A stretch of 64,000 bases of DNA. It comes from Octopus sinensis. Its lineage: Eukaryota. The translations under genes were made by a program, and so were the position numbers. Within the stretch, counting starts at the first letter, position 1; each line of letters starts with the position of its first letter. The DNA lies in assembly GCF_006345805.1 (NCBI RefSeq), contig NC_043005.1, forward strand, positions 60,202,001-60,266,000, read 5' to 3'. Under the pieces are notes generated by a model. It was not told the origin of the DNA. It did no database searches and was given only the letters and a program-made list of their open reading frames with translations. Below, piece by piece: positions 27,958-41,141 of the stretch.

Positions 27958-29293
27958 AGACCGTGCCGTATATGGTATATGTATGTATATGGTATATACG
28001 TTAGTATATACCATATACATAAATTGGCGCCGTCATATATTTTTAATTTCGCACATGCACATTGTTTGTTTTTCACTTTGTTGACTAGAGAGTATGGCAG
28101 CGTCAGCCGGGCACCATCTATGAGAAAAACAGCACCATGACAACATTCACCCTGCCAGTGGAAACTTGGAAACGACATACTGCACTGCTTGACATTCGCA
28201 CGGGAAGCTCCAATACGAACATTTTAGAGTGTTTGGGTGTCAATCTGGGGACTACAAAACATTCGGAAAGAGTTCGATGAGTTTTAAAGGGATTACGAAG
28301 GCATGGCAGTGCGGAAAACTTACTGTGATCGTTCTAATTACAAATGAACTCCTGAAATTTTTGGTGAGCTCCAGGCCATGATTGCCAACGTCCCCGCCAA
28401 GTCAGTCAAGATCATCACCAGGGATATGAGAGTGTTTGAGTTACGTATCAGGCAGGTAGTACATGAAGATATTCGGCATTTCTCATACAAGTTGAATAAG
28501 GGCAAATTTTTAACCCAAGCCATCACAGACAAGAGGTACGACCGTGCTACGAAGCTTTTAAACAAACTCAAGCATCCCTTCCAAGCGAAATGCTTTTGTT
28601 TTTCTCAGACGAGAAGCATTTCTGTCAGGATTAGATGATGAACACACAGAACAACCGTTGGATTGCTGTGTCCCCAAAACGTACTGAGAGAGATAAAAAT
28701 TAAACATTCAGTCAACATTATGGTGTTTGGATTGATCACTAGTGATGGCGATGTTATGCTTCCATTCATCTTTTCACACAGCCTCAGACTCAACACAGAG
28801 GCCTACATCAAGTCCCTGGAGGTGGTTGTGCTGCCCTGGGTCAAGAATGTGGCTGCTGGAAGACCCTATGTCTAGCAACAGGACTCCGCACACATGGCTG
28901 ACAGACAAAATCTCCGACCACATCACCCATAACATCTGGCCACCTAACTTTCCAGTCTGCAACCTCCTAGATTATTACGTGTGGGATGTAGGTGAGCGAG
29001 TGACCAACAAAACTCCTTGTAACACGAAAGAAGAACTGAAGGCAATGATTATGGCAGCATTCACAAACTTACAGGAGAAGACAGTCCAGAGGGGATGTAG
29101 GAGATTCAGAAGCCGTCTTGAGATCGTGGTTGCCGCACATGGCAGTTTTATATAATAAATGATATTTTATATACTAGTATTTTATATAATAAATAGTATT
29201 TCAAGATATTTTCATGTTAATTTTGGTAAATATATCTGTTAAATTAGATGTCACTGTTATTTTCATTTGGTGTAATTGGTTCACCGCATCCTG
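27958..29293 (+). mobile_element. Second, different DD37D (maT)-type transposon, decayed
   Basis: IMVFGLITSDGDVMLPFIF, QQDSA, IWPPNFPVCNLLDYYVW and CRRFRSRLEIVVAAHGSFI; right end ...ccgcatcctg followed by TA. Left end uncertain. Confidence 0.85.
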
Positions 29294-29564
29294 TATGTCC
29301 ATGTGTGACTATATGTATGCATACATTTATATATTTCTATGTCATACTGCTGCATAGTAGCTGAACAATATCCTTTATGTGACATATTAGGCAGACGGAA
29401 AACATTATGAGAGACACACACCAAAGGTTTCGTAAGTAGCAGGGTCGAAGTTAAAACCACATAATTTCCAAGTCTAACTCTTAAAGATACCAAAACTATG
29501 AAACCGTGTAACAAAAGTACATACATACAATCACACATGCATGCACGCACACACATGCCCACTC

Positions 29565-29595
<31 letters not shown>

Positions 29596-29690
29596 AAGGT
29601 ATTTGTAGACAGACAGTTAGAGAAACAGACAGTAGTATATATAAATATAGATATATATTTAAGAGATGAGAAATTATGCACGTTATTTCG

Positions 29691-29875
29691 ATTATTTACA
29701 TTTGACGGATATTTGTCCTCATCTTGTTTGTTGTAAACACAACGTTTCGGCTGATATACTCTCCAGCCTTGAAAATTTCGGCAAGACACCTGATGAAGGC
29801 TGGAGGGTACATCAATCGAAACGTTGGGTTAACAACAAACAAGGTGAGGACAAATATCCGTCAAATGTGAATAAT
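29691..29875. repeat. Palindromic (fold-back) element with about 80-bp arms, derived from Penelope-like termini
   Basis: 29691-29770 is the reverse complement of 29796-29875 with roughly 8 mismatches. Confidence 0.9.
29785..29830 (+). ncRNA. Minimal type I hammerhead ribozyme motif, partly degenerate
   Basis: GACAC-CTGATGA-A-GGCTG...CAATC-GAA-ACGT-T-GGGTT; the core is intact, while stems I and II each carry mismatches in this copy. Confidence 0.6.
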
Positions 29876-29884
29876 GTCAATAAT

Positions 29885-30034
<150 letters not shown>

Positions 30035-30079
30035 GTAGAATTTCGATGGACAGATCTGATTTGTCCATGTCCATTTTGT

Positions 30080-30620
30080 CACACCCAGGTAAGCAAGGCG
30101 TTATCTGTCAGTTGAAAGCATCTGTATTGGTCTAAATTGTGTTTTGGTCGCCACTCGCACCAAATAGCATACTTTTCAAGAAGGATCTGGGTGCCTTCTC
30201 TCGTTCTTGGCGGAGTATTATCATGTACAAGTATGAAGGAATTCACTTTGCTACGTCTCACATCCAATAATATCAACTTACTTTCTGAGTCAAAGTAAAT
30301 GTTCTGTAATTGTGAAATCAAGATAGTTCCGAAATAACACCATTGATACGTCGCATAATACCTATCGTCTTGGAGATAAGTAGATCTCGTAATCATTGAA
30401 AATGAACAAAGATTTTTGTGGATAGGAAACTCTGATGAACACCATATTTATTTATATCTAGCGATCTGAAGTTGTTGTGCATACATCCTATATGCCTCGA
30501 AAATGCGTGCATCTATACTACGTATTCTGAGTAAGGCCACGTTCGACAGATGGAGTAATGGGAAGAAATATATAACCACCCTTATTGCAATGGATGAACA
30601 GGTATTTCGGTTTACTGACT
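30080..30620 (-). mobile_element. Decayed Tc1-like transposase fragment
   Basis: FILVHDNTPPRTREGTQILLEKYAIWCEWRP resembles F..MQDNAPPH.....Q.FL.......WP. Confidence 0.5.
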
Positions 30621-32473
30621 GGTTGTAGAAATTACCTACCAGCAGGTTGTGATGCTGCCAAGCTCGAACAAACTGCTTAGTAGGTAGGCGGAGCAGTGTT
30701 GTGAGTTGAATAAACGTTTACATCAATTTTAATAAATTAGGACCATATTTGACTTGTGTCGATCATTGCCAACACCCAGTCAGTAGAGAGTTTCTTCTGA
30801 TTTTCGATCCCTTCCAAAGTCATTTCAAGGTTGACAGGGGATCCTTAAATTCGTTGTCAGCCTTTTAGCACACGTTGCGTAATGGGATTTTTTCCATCCT
30901 AAAGGCAATGAAAATAATTTTTCCAGGTCAGATATGTTCCAAGCACATCTCAATTGGCCTACAAGATATTCATACACTACTTCGTGTGCAAACTGTATAA
31001 GCCTAGCAGTGTTGCTCACTATTATCAGATGGTTTCAACTGATTTTTCTCCAAAAAAGCTGTGATGTTAAGTTATATCTTGTATCGCAAACGCCAGCATA
31101 AAAATGACATACTTGCTTTCTGTCTGTACATAGTGGAAGGAATATCTATGATGAGGAGCACCAGTAAACCAGTAGGCACATCTTAGATACCATGAGTAAA
31201 TGGAAAAATGTTGTAAAGACACAAACAATCTAATATTGTCAAGAGGATCTGAAATGCTAGATTGATTGATTAAATGAATCCCCAAAGAGAATTTCGTGTT
31301 CAGCTGAGAAAGAAGTTATAAAAAATATTAATGAAATGGGAAAATTGATGCTGACGTGAATGACATATCATAAAGAAACAGAATTTACAGTGGCATCTTA
31401 TACAGGAATGACTAAATTTGAATGGATAAGTCTCGTACAGAAAAAAAGTAGAAATGTAAAGAATATTTATGCAGAATAATAATAGAGAACACTAGGAGAA
31501 GTAGATGATGCAATGATCAACTTTGGATAAAAGATCAATGTTTTGTGATGTAAAAAGAATGAATATTATATGGAAATAAGTATAGAGCAATCTAAAATCG
31601 TGGCTACAGACTAGTTCAGAGGAGCAAAATGGAAACGCCAGTATTACAATAAACATACTATGGATTGAAATATTTAACAACTTAGAAGAAATATAAAAAA
31701 GAACCCACTTAGATTTATGGGAAGAATTACTCCATGAAAATCAGGCAAAAATAAATAATTCATACAAGATTCAGGAGGAAATTAATAGAATGAAAGGGAA
31801 AACATGATCAGTCTTGTGATGGGTACGCCGAAAAAAATATTACATAGCAACCGCTTAACATTTGCTGTCTGGATACTGGAACTAAATATATTGAAATACA
31901 CTACTATTCACTGAGTGAATAATTTTATTATTTTTGTTTTATAACATAATTCATCAATAATAGCGTCATTGCTTACATGGCTTCGATGGACCAATCGCTG
32001 ATTCACCAAAGTTTTGATAACGAGAAATAAAGAGGGACTGAGTGTGTAACTCGGCAGAACAAATGTCTTACACATATCATTTCTGTTTGAAAGCGTTGGT
32101 TTATAGGTTTCACCTTTAAACACGTATGTCACGAAACAATAGGAGCACATACACATACAAATACTTACACTTAGATAGTGTAAGGTGAAGGATTTTCAAT
32201 CGTTTTCGACAATGAGCATTCCGTTTCTTATAGACGTGAAGTACTCCACATCTTCTCTAGTTACTTAACATGTATTAGAAAAATTACTTTCAAATCTTCA
32301 TATGGTTTTCGTGATAAATTACGATTCAGTCAAAATCAGTAATAACTGTCAATTTAATTTCCAAAGCAAACTTACCACAACATTCTGTCACAAGTCACTT
32401 TCGGACACAGATTTTGCAGTTCTATAAACGGAAAAAGAAAATACAACTCCCCACTAAAGTTATACATACATGG

Positions 32474-32540
<67 letters not shown>

Positions 32541-32579
32541 CATATGTGTGTATGTATATGTATATATGTATATATATAC

Positions 32580-32664
<85 letters not shown>

Positions 32665-32989
32665 CACGCATTTACACACATATACACATGTTAATGTGTG
32701 TACAAAAATATACATAACTACACTTTCACTCATCCATTTTATTAAAGTATTTATTTGTACTGAAATGAACGGAGACAGTTACAGGAACTAAGGAATACTC
32801 AAAGATCGATATCTCTATGCCACATCGACTCTCTCATCAAGCCATATGCTCTATCTTGAATATATCCAGTTTTTGAAATGACACGTTGTGTCCATTCGAC
32901 ACAAACACAGCACAAAAATTTGATAAATTTACAGACGCATACTACTTTATTTTCACCTGTGACATTCTAATACTAGTGACAATTGGATA

Positions 32990-33080
32990 AATCCATATTG
33001 TTCAGCCGTATAAGAGGATGAGTTGTGCAGGAAACCTCGGATACAAATGACAACCACAAATATTGTCCTCCGGATTTCTA
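32990..33080 (-). mobile_element. Short RTE-type 3' fragment homologous to 35745-35830
   Basis: aggatgagttgtgcaggaa...acaaatg.caaccaca.atattgtcct is shared with the copy at 35.76 kb. Confidence 0.6.
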
Positions 33081-33444
33081 GCGTAATACTAGACATGGTT
33101 CTAAAATTAACCCCATCGGAGCTGAGTTTCAATAGCATAAACATCGTTTGACCAAGTATTCCGTCTTAAACCGAAGGAACAGTTCTTCAAGTTTCATAAA
33201 ATATCCCTTGGACAAGATACAGTAATGCTACATTATTATATAGTATCAGATACAATAATGCTATATTATCGTATTATAATGTATATATTTACCACTTCAA
33301 ATCAAAGGTGTATGAATAGTTAAATCACAGCCATTTATGAGTGTATCTACATCCATTAAGCTTGATCGCGCTGCAAGTGTTCTCAGAGTGGAAATCGAAA
33401 TTTGTAACGAAATATATAAAAACGATAAACATCGCCCTTTTCAA

Positions 33445-33735
33445 GTTTAACCAGGCTCATGGGCCCGGTTTTCCGGTTTCTGTGGCGTATGTGTTCCCCC
33501 CAGCTGGACGGGACGTCAGTCCATCGCTGCGTTACTCAGGAAACAGAAAGAGAGAGTGATATAAAGTTATGGCGAAAGAGTACAACAGGGGTCTCCCCCA
33601 CTGTCGGACCCTCGTGGAGCTTTTAGGTATTTTCGCTCAATAAACACACGCAAAGCCCAGTCTGGGAATCGAAACTGCGATCCTCCGAGCGCGAGTCTGC
33701 TGCACTAACCACTGGGCCAATACGCCTCCACAACG
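33445..33735 (-). mobile_element. tRNA-derived SINE (distinct family), near full length
   Basis: Minus-strand A box TGGCCCAGTGG and B box GTTTCGATTCC; 3' part contains ccccagctggacgggacg on the plus strand. Confidence 0.8.
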
Positions 33736-33939
33736 AAATATATACCGATTATATTACATGGACATTTGTCCTGCAATTAAGATGGTGATCGCGCCGTTTG
33801 GCATCACGAATTACTGGATATTCGTTGCTCCAAATAAACCACCGATTTCGTACACATCATATTAATAACCTACCAGTAAATATAATTTTACTGTTCGATA
33901 GCTACGGTGAAATTTCTGACGAATTACTATTGGTTTCCA

Positions 33940-34080
33940 CTTTTTGCAGAAGACCAACAATCTTGTGGGTTTGGATAAGTCGATTAAATCTACCCCAGTC
34001 TTATTATATCGACCCTCAATGAGTGAAATACAAATTCTGCGTCAGCCTAATTTGCATGCAGATCGTATAGACCGGTGAAA
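33940..34080 (-). mobile_element. Decayed family A SINE fragment
   Basis: gaagaccaacaat...aagtcgattaaatctaccccagt...tatcgaccct. Confidence 0.55.
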
Positions 34081-34959
34081 TGAACGTATAACGGATTAAA
34101 CAGCTGTATAACTAATCTTTTATATATTCTATAAACTTCAGTAGTACAGTGAGTGAAAATTATTCTAACAAATTATACTTTTAATTGATTTCATTATTCA
34201 TGCATTCATTTATAGTTACTATTTCTCCCACTTGTATTCGTCTCCTTCTTTGCTGTTATTCATATTCTGCTGACTATAATTATATTTGCTAGCTTCTATG
34301 AAGGTGTATCTCTTTCTTTGCTAAGTGGTCTTTGTCATAGTATAGCTCCTGGGAACGTCAGAGTCATGGCTGCATTTTCTTTCTATTATATTTTTGTGTT
34401 GGTATTGTTGTGACAAGGGGGTTGTGATTCCGTGTTGGGATAACATTTATATTGATTGAACTTTCTGTTATTTCAGCAGAGAGCATATCACGCATAAATG
34501 TGTTACCACACGTCAAACACAAAGACTTCTTTCAACATTGGTTCGAAAATTACCATATCTAATTGGTTACTGATATCAGTTACCTTCAGAGGGCACAAAA
34601 GTCTTAACTTCCATAACCCAGCATTATCATCACTACCATAGTCGTAACGCCTTGTTATTCCACATTATTAAATTCACACACCAGTATTCTACATATTTTG
34701 GAGCCAAGAGGGACAGTCTAACATAAGCGGTCGCCATGTATGGTGTCAAATATCGTAGCCACGAAATAAATATCTTACAACATATATGTTTGTTCGTCCA
34801 AAGGAACCAATTAAGCTTGTTTCACTTTCAGAGATAGTGTGGCCATTGAGTCAGAAAACTTTTTTCTAATGTGCACTTAGCTGATTTCCCTTCGTTATAA
34901 ACATACTGTGGTTTCCTCTGACTACTTAAGACTGCTCGTTCATTTATACACGCACACAG

Positions 34960-35007
<48 letters not shown>

Positions 35008-35158
35008 ATATATATGAGTGTGAGTGTGTGTTCATGCTCCAGCAAAAGCATCACATTCCGTGCAGTTAATTTTACTAGGCAAGATATGGCGTACTTTGTA
35101 ATGATGTGCATAAGTATGTACGCATATGTATGCGTTTATGTACAAGTACACACACATA

Positions 35159-35226
<68 letters not shown>

Positions 35227-35739
35227 GCATATGGGTGTATATGTATTTATATATTTATGTATATGTTAAGAAAAATATGAGTTAGAGGTTATGCAAACGT
35301 CTTAGCGATAAATGTATCCGTAGGCACTACTGGTGTAATACCTCACTATGTATAGTCCTAGCTGTAAGGTATACAGTAGTTGGTAATTTAAGGGTGAAAC
35401 CGTGGTTTAATATATATATAGAAAAGAATAGGAGCAATAATAAACAATGAGAAGTTGATCATTGGTACTAGAAGGTCATAGTTTAATTGTAGTCTATATC
35501 CATTTACAGCTGTTTCTGTTTATCAAATTTGAGTAAATTTGCATTTATCTCGTTCCATTTAATAAACATCGTCAGAATGGTTTAGAAGAGTACAAATAGC
35601 AGAAAATAGGAATTGAAAGGAAAAGGAAAAGTCAAAAGAAAAAGGGAAAAGTTCGTTAAGTCATTAGGCTTACATTCTAGTTAGATTTTAGGACCCAAAA
35701 TGTCACTAAAATGTAAGTCTAATGACTTAACGAACACTT

Positions 35740-36300
35740 GGATGAATTCATATTATTCAGCCTTTTAGGAGGATGAGTTGTGCAGGAAGGCTCGGCCACA
35801 AATGCCAACCACACATATTGTCCTTCCAAATGTGGGTTTAGTAAAGGAAACCGTTAATCATGTATTATAGTGCTTTGAAAACCTTTTGGCACATGGAACA
35901 AGTTTGACGACTGAGTTTCCTTGAGTGCTTGTGGATCTTTTCCTATGGTACTTTGTTGAATGGACGGCAAGGCCTGCTTTGCTTCGTGCCTCAAAACCAC
36001 AATGAAAGAGAAGGTTTCCATTTAGAGGAGCAGGATTTCGCCTGAGTGGCTTCATAGGGGTACGGACTTGGTCTTGATGCTGGAATTCAGCTTACACCTT
36101 TCAACTGAGGAGAAGAAGGACTGGTGCTAGGTCCTGAATTCTGATGCTTTGTCTTCCCAGGAAGAAAAAGAATGGTGCCTTCAAACTGACCTTCCTGCCA
36201 GAAATTGGCCAAATAGAAGTTGCTTCGGAATTCTGATAGCATCCATACGTGAGAGATGAACTGACCATCTAAATTTGCTTATCAAATATGAAACACGTTT
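35740..36300 (-). mobile_element. RTE-clade LINE 3' portion
   Basis: FRWSVHLSRMDAIRIPKQLLFGQ (RTE LRWAGHV.RM..RIPKQLL.G) followed by zinc-finger-like HCGFEARSKAGLAVH. Confidence 0.8.
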
Positions 36301-36339
36301 TGATTTACTGAGGTAGGTAGTTTGATGACGGAAATAATG

Positions 36340-36800
36340 TTTTTTTCTCCACATAAATACGATACAATCATTATTTTAGAAATTTACGTCTTATATGAAA
36401 TATTTGCTGTATTTAAATCTGAAATATTTCGACCTCTACGTAGAAGCACTCAAACCTCTTCTCTCATTACATTGTTGTTTATACACTTACTGTCATTTTT
36501 AATTCAAAAGATGTTGTTATCAATTTGCTCTTGATGAAGGTTTTGATAGTAAGCATTAGGAGGAAGACGGAAAATGACGGGAAAACTATTTTGCACAAGC
36601 TCAGCTATGGTAATGCACTACAAGTGTCTCAATGTGGTCATCGTTGTCTTTCGTATAGTTAGTATGATAATAATCAATTCAAAGTCATTATACATAGGGT
36701 CATCCAATATATGGCCAACAAGAAAAACCACCCCACATGACCAGCCTGACTTCTGAAGGCAAACATCCTCACTTAACTGTACATCAGTTGTTTTTTGTTT
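36340..36800 (-). mobile_element. Decayed Tc1-like transposase fragment
   Basis: LVMWGGFS and ...NISDLNTANI (SPDLNPIENIW-like) in the expected order. Confidence 0.4.
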
Positions 36801-37154
36801 TTGGTTGACATTCGCCACTATCATCTACCTTTTGACAAATTCGTTGCAGGAATATCAAAAATGCCTCCCTACTATACTATATGTATTATGCTTGAAAATA
36901 AGCTGGCATACAGAAGCGTAGAATGGATTCGAAAATTGAAATGTGCCATCAGTGATGACCTGGAGTTAGACAGCAACTCACCGCTGACTACTGCAATAGC
37001 AAATGCTTGCTTTCAATATATTTCAATTTGAACATTTATATAAGACAGCGATAACGTGAATATTTTACTTAATATTTACTTTTAACTTTGTTCCTTACGA
37101 ATCGAAGATTTTGATATCGCTTCATCTTGATTTCTAATGATGGCTTTTAATATT

Positions 37155-37352
37155 TGCACAAGTCAAGCAGTTCCGGGGAAGAGTTTAAGTTGATTACCCT
37201 AGTACTCAACTGGTACTTTTATTGATTTCGAAAAGATGAACAGCAAAGCCGACCACAGCAGCATTTAAACTGAGGACACGAAAACGAACGAAATGCCGGT
37301 AAAGATTTTGCCCGGCGGGCTTGCAAACGATTCTGCCAGTTCGCCGCCTTAT
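37155..37352 (-). mobile_element. tRNA-derived SINE, family A
   Basis: gaaatgccggtaaagattttgcccggcg...acgattctgccagttcgccgcctt. Confidence 0.85.
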
Positions 37353-38089
37353 CTTGGTTTCTAATTTTGGCAAATCACCGCATATTTTCAAGAAAGGGTA
37401 TATTACGTTGTCGGTCCTTGATAGCTGTAACTGAAAGGTGACATCGACGGAATTTGAACACAACTCCTGTAGAAAAATGATTAAATGCACCAGCACATTT
37501 TATTTGAAAGATTAAAGAATCTCTCAATCTACTCTTTGTGATACCTCTTCGTAGTAATAGAATCGCATGTTATATACAAATATGTGTTCCTGAAGACTTC
37601 TACTTTTGGCAGAGATCTCCGCTAAGTTGTAAATATTTACTCGCTTAGCGTAATCTCCAAACATATTTGTAAATCAATATTAAGAATCTATTTCCATTTA
37701 AATCCCTCTATGAGTTCCCTTCACCTTCTCAAGTACATCATTCCCTGCAGCTTTTCTCTTATTTTAAGATCGATAGAAAGCTACAGAAATCTCTTCAGTA
37801 CGTGTCTGTGTAACACTTTGGGCAGTAACGTAATTTCGTATATTTAACACGTATCCTAACATGACAATACCTAAGTCAGTAGATATCTTAAGGATATCCA
37901 ACCATCACTTCGATTACAGTTCCAGCACTATTACTCACGTAATGTAAACGCTTCCACCACTACACATCTTAAGAAATGGGAGAAATATTCACTCACTTTC
38001 ACAGCCTGCGAGAAATAGCATACAAGCATTCCTGAAATCATACTCTAAAGTCTTGAAGTTATGGGACAACACATTTGGTGATATACAGA

Positions 38090-38356
38090 CACTCGCGCGC
38101 GCGCACACACACACGTACATTCTCACACACTCGCACACGCACATTCGTATACACATACACACACGCACACAAACGCACACAGACGCGCGCGAACACACAC
38201 TCACGCACACACACACACGTACACTCTCACACACTCACACACGCACATTCGCATACGCATACACACACGGACACAAATGCACACAGACGCGCGCGAACAC
38301 ACACTCACGCACGCACACACACACACGCTCACACACTCTCTCTCACACACACACAA
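38090..38356. repeat. Higher-order tandem repeat (unit about 105 bp, about 2.5 copies) built from degraded (CA)n
   Basis: gcacacagacgcgcgcgaacacacactcacgcac occurs twice and the surrounding unit is collinear. Confidence 0.85.
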
Positions 38357-39249
38357 GTTCACAGTTGGAACATGACGTTGTTCTATTATGCCCCGACACA
38401 AATCGAAGCAATACAGTAACATCGGTTTTATCAAATATTCATCAATGAAACTGATAGAAGGATGATGTTTTAAATCTTTTTTCATTTGTTCTGTCAAATT
38501 TTGTTGGGGCCCCATATTCTACTATCCGATAAAGAGTCATTATTTGATAACGACTCTTTATCATCACCCAAATCCCTCATTTTTACTTCAATTTCCATTT
38601 ATAGACGTTTTGAAATACTTTTTTTTACCTCTTCACGTAGAGTTTTATTCATTCACTTGTGAGCACAATAGTAAGTAGGGAAACCAATGGTCCAGCATTC
38701 GGTTGACCTAAGCAGCCAATCAAGCGACAGCTTGAATTAAACTTATATTATCTTTCTCGATTACGCTAGAAATTCTCGTGTGTTCTTCTAATGGATGTAC
38801 ATACATATTCAATTAACATATTAGATGATATTGCTGTCATATATATAATTACCTGTATCAACATACAGCCCTACATTTAGAAGGATGTACAACTAACACG
38901 CATATTACCATGAACCGACGAATGCTGGATGCTCAAAAAACTAGTGCGATATACCACTGCAAATCACCTCGCTCCAAAATAGCCTAAATAGCAGCAAGGA
39001 TGTCATATACATTGAAAATGAAATCTCTCTCAGATCGAGTTAACACAGAGTAACTTCCGCAGTAAATAAACAATACTGTGTTATTCATCACTGGAATATT
39101 TCAACACCAATGAAACTACATGATGCCCTTTATAGGCAAGTGTAAATGCACTTTCTCCAAACTTGGTATTCAAGGCAATTAAAATTTTAAGACTAATGCA
39201 CAAATCAAACAGCTTTGGAAAACAAGTGAAAACAAATGAAATTTTGACC

Positions 39250-40300
39250 TACCAGCGTGAGAAAAATAATGAATGAAAAATAATGCTTGCCAAACAAGAA
39301 ATCTTGCTGCATTGAAATAAACACTTGCGGTGAAGAATAATTGTTGAACACCCAAAATGCTTGAAAATAATTATCTCACATATGTTTATTCAGCGTAACC
39401 AAGATGATATATAACCCTACAATCTATAAAGAGTACAAAAGACGAAATAACCTTCAACAACAGCGAAAAATAATGTTACTTGCTGCTACTGAGCAACTCT
39501 ATGAAAACATAATTTTGAACAAAGGCTAATGCGGAACGGTTTAGCTTTACTCAATCGTACTGCAAGATCACAAACTTGATTCGTTTCTTAAAACGTGGCA
39601 TAAGACTGGATCCTGCACAATCCGGGCCCAAAACATGAACAAAGACGCACTGTTTATCCTAATTTAAATGTGAGAAGTTATCTACGGATCTCATAGAGGC
39701 AGCTATTTCTAATATGCTTTAGAATGGAAAATAACCAGATTATTACCAGAATTTTGCTCAACTGATTTATCTCAGTACTGGAGATTCAATTATGATAATC
39801 TCATTCACGCTTTTGATTGTTGAAAAACAGCATTTGTATAGCTTTGCCTTCTCTTCAAAATGCCGTGAACAACACATGTCTTTGTACATGATTTTCATTC
39901 AGTACATTTGATTCTGCACATAGTAACTTTCTCAAGGGAGAAGCTTTCAAAATTAGATTATCAGCAAAAACTGAATCGCAAGTTTGAATTACATGTTTTT
40001 GAGCAGGAATTCTGCACAAAAACGTGCAATTCAAAGCGTTATCAGATTCTTCGACAACAGAACAATTTAAAGTGAGATGAATAACGATGGACTATGCAGT
40101 TTGCCCCAAGTTTCTTTACTTGCACGAACTCACTTTAGCAAATGCCTCTTAAATTCCAGTTCTTATACCACACGTATAAGTAGTCCCAAAATCGTAGGAG
40201 ACTCGATGTCAAAATAAACCTTATAAATGCATTGCTAATTGAACTTCAGAATGCAGATGATCACACAGTGTAACATCAAGACAATAGTGGAAATTACATA
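39250..40300 (-). mobile_element. Decayed P-element/THAP9-like transposase remnant
   Basis: Minus-strand motifs in order: RHLLK*VR (about 40140), KNM*FKLAIQF (about 39985) and DNYF...NN...QVFIS (about 39350), resembling PHL.K..RN, K.KVKLA.Q and QD.LENFF...GG.N.NP...QF. Confidence 0.5.
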
Positions 40301-41063
40301 CGTTTTAACTGTCATTGAAATGGCAAAGAAAACATGAGTTCAACAAAAAGTTTGCATGAACAAGCCACCGGCAAGTATCAGCTTGGGATGAACATTCGCG
40401 TACCGAAATATATGATGGAAATTTATATGATAATGCTAACAACATGGCTGTTACCACTAAGGTAAGATGTACAGGTGAAAACTTTGGTCTGCAAAAGCGA
40501 CCACATATATATCAAACGAGAGTGTGCGTAACTTTACTTTGGATGTATGTGAGTTCAATAATATAGATGAATATATACTCGTATGTATAGACACGTTTTG
40601 TAATCGCTGCCCGTGTATGCTCACAGGACAGTAGCGCCTATATAATGAGTTTATGTCAGACTCCTATTATATATGAATACACATTTCATCAAATATTACG
40701 GAGCCTTTCGGTTCCCATACTCTGAAAGCGCTTTAAAATTAAGAAAACTAAACAGATATTCAGTGTGTCATTGCCTCAGACCACAGCATGTGTACGGAAG
40801 ACAAACAGAACATCAATTTCACATTTTTCTTTCACTTTATAATCTTCTGCTCTTTCTGGAAGTTTCTTTTTTGGCACTTGATTCATATATTGAATCAATG
40901 GAAACGAATTTCTGATTTAATATTGTGTAGATCTCATTGAACAGCGTGACAGAGACAGTAATATTTTGAAAGTTATATATTGTTAATGTTCAGATAGTTT
41001 TGAATTAACCAATTTCTGGATTACTTTAATAACTTTTCTTTCATTAGCAAAACCTACTGTAGG

Positions 41064-41141
<78 letters not shown>

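Noticed and set aside
34260-34500. Possible third Penelope-like fragment on the minus strand
   Set aside because: Only faint similarity to the STHNP region and no GIY-YIG or RT motif.
38690-38931. Short inverted match ccagcattcggtt / aaccgacgaatgctgg suggesting a MITE, with nearby CCAAT boxes
   Set aside because: Only about 13 bp with an indel and no target duplication.
39811-39832. ttttgattgttg resembling the 5' end of miR-315
   Set aside because: The match stops after 12 nt and no hairpin partner is visible.
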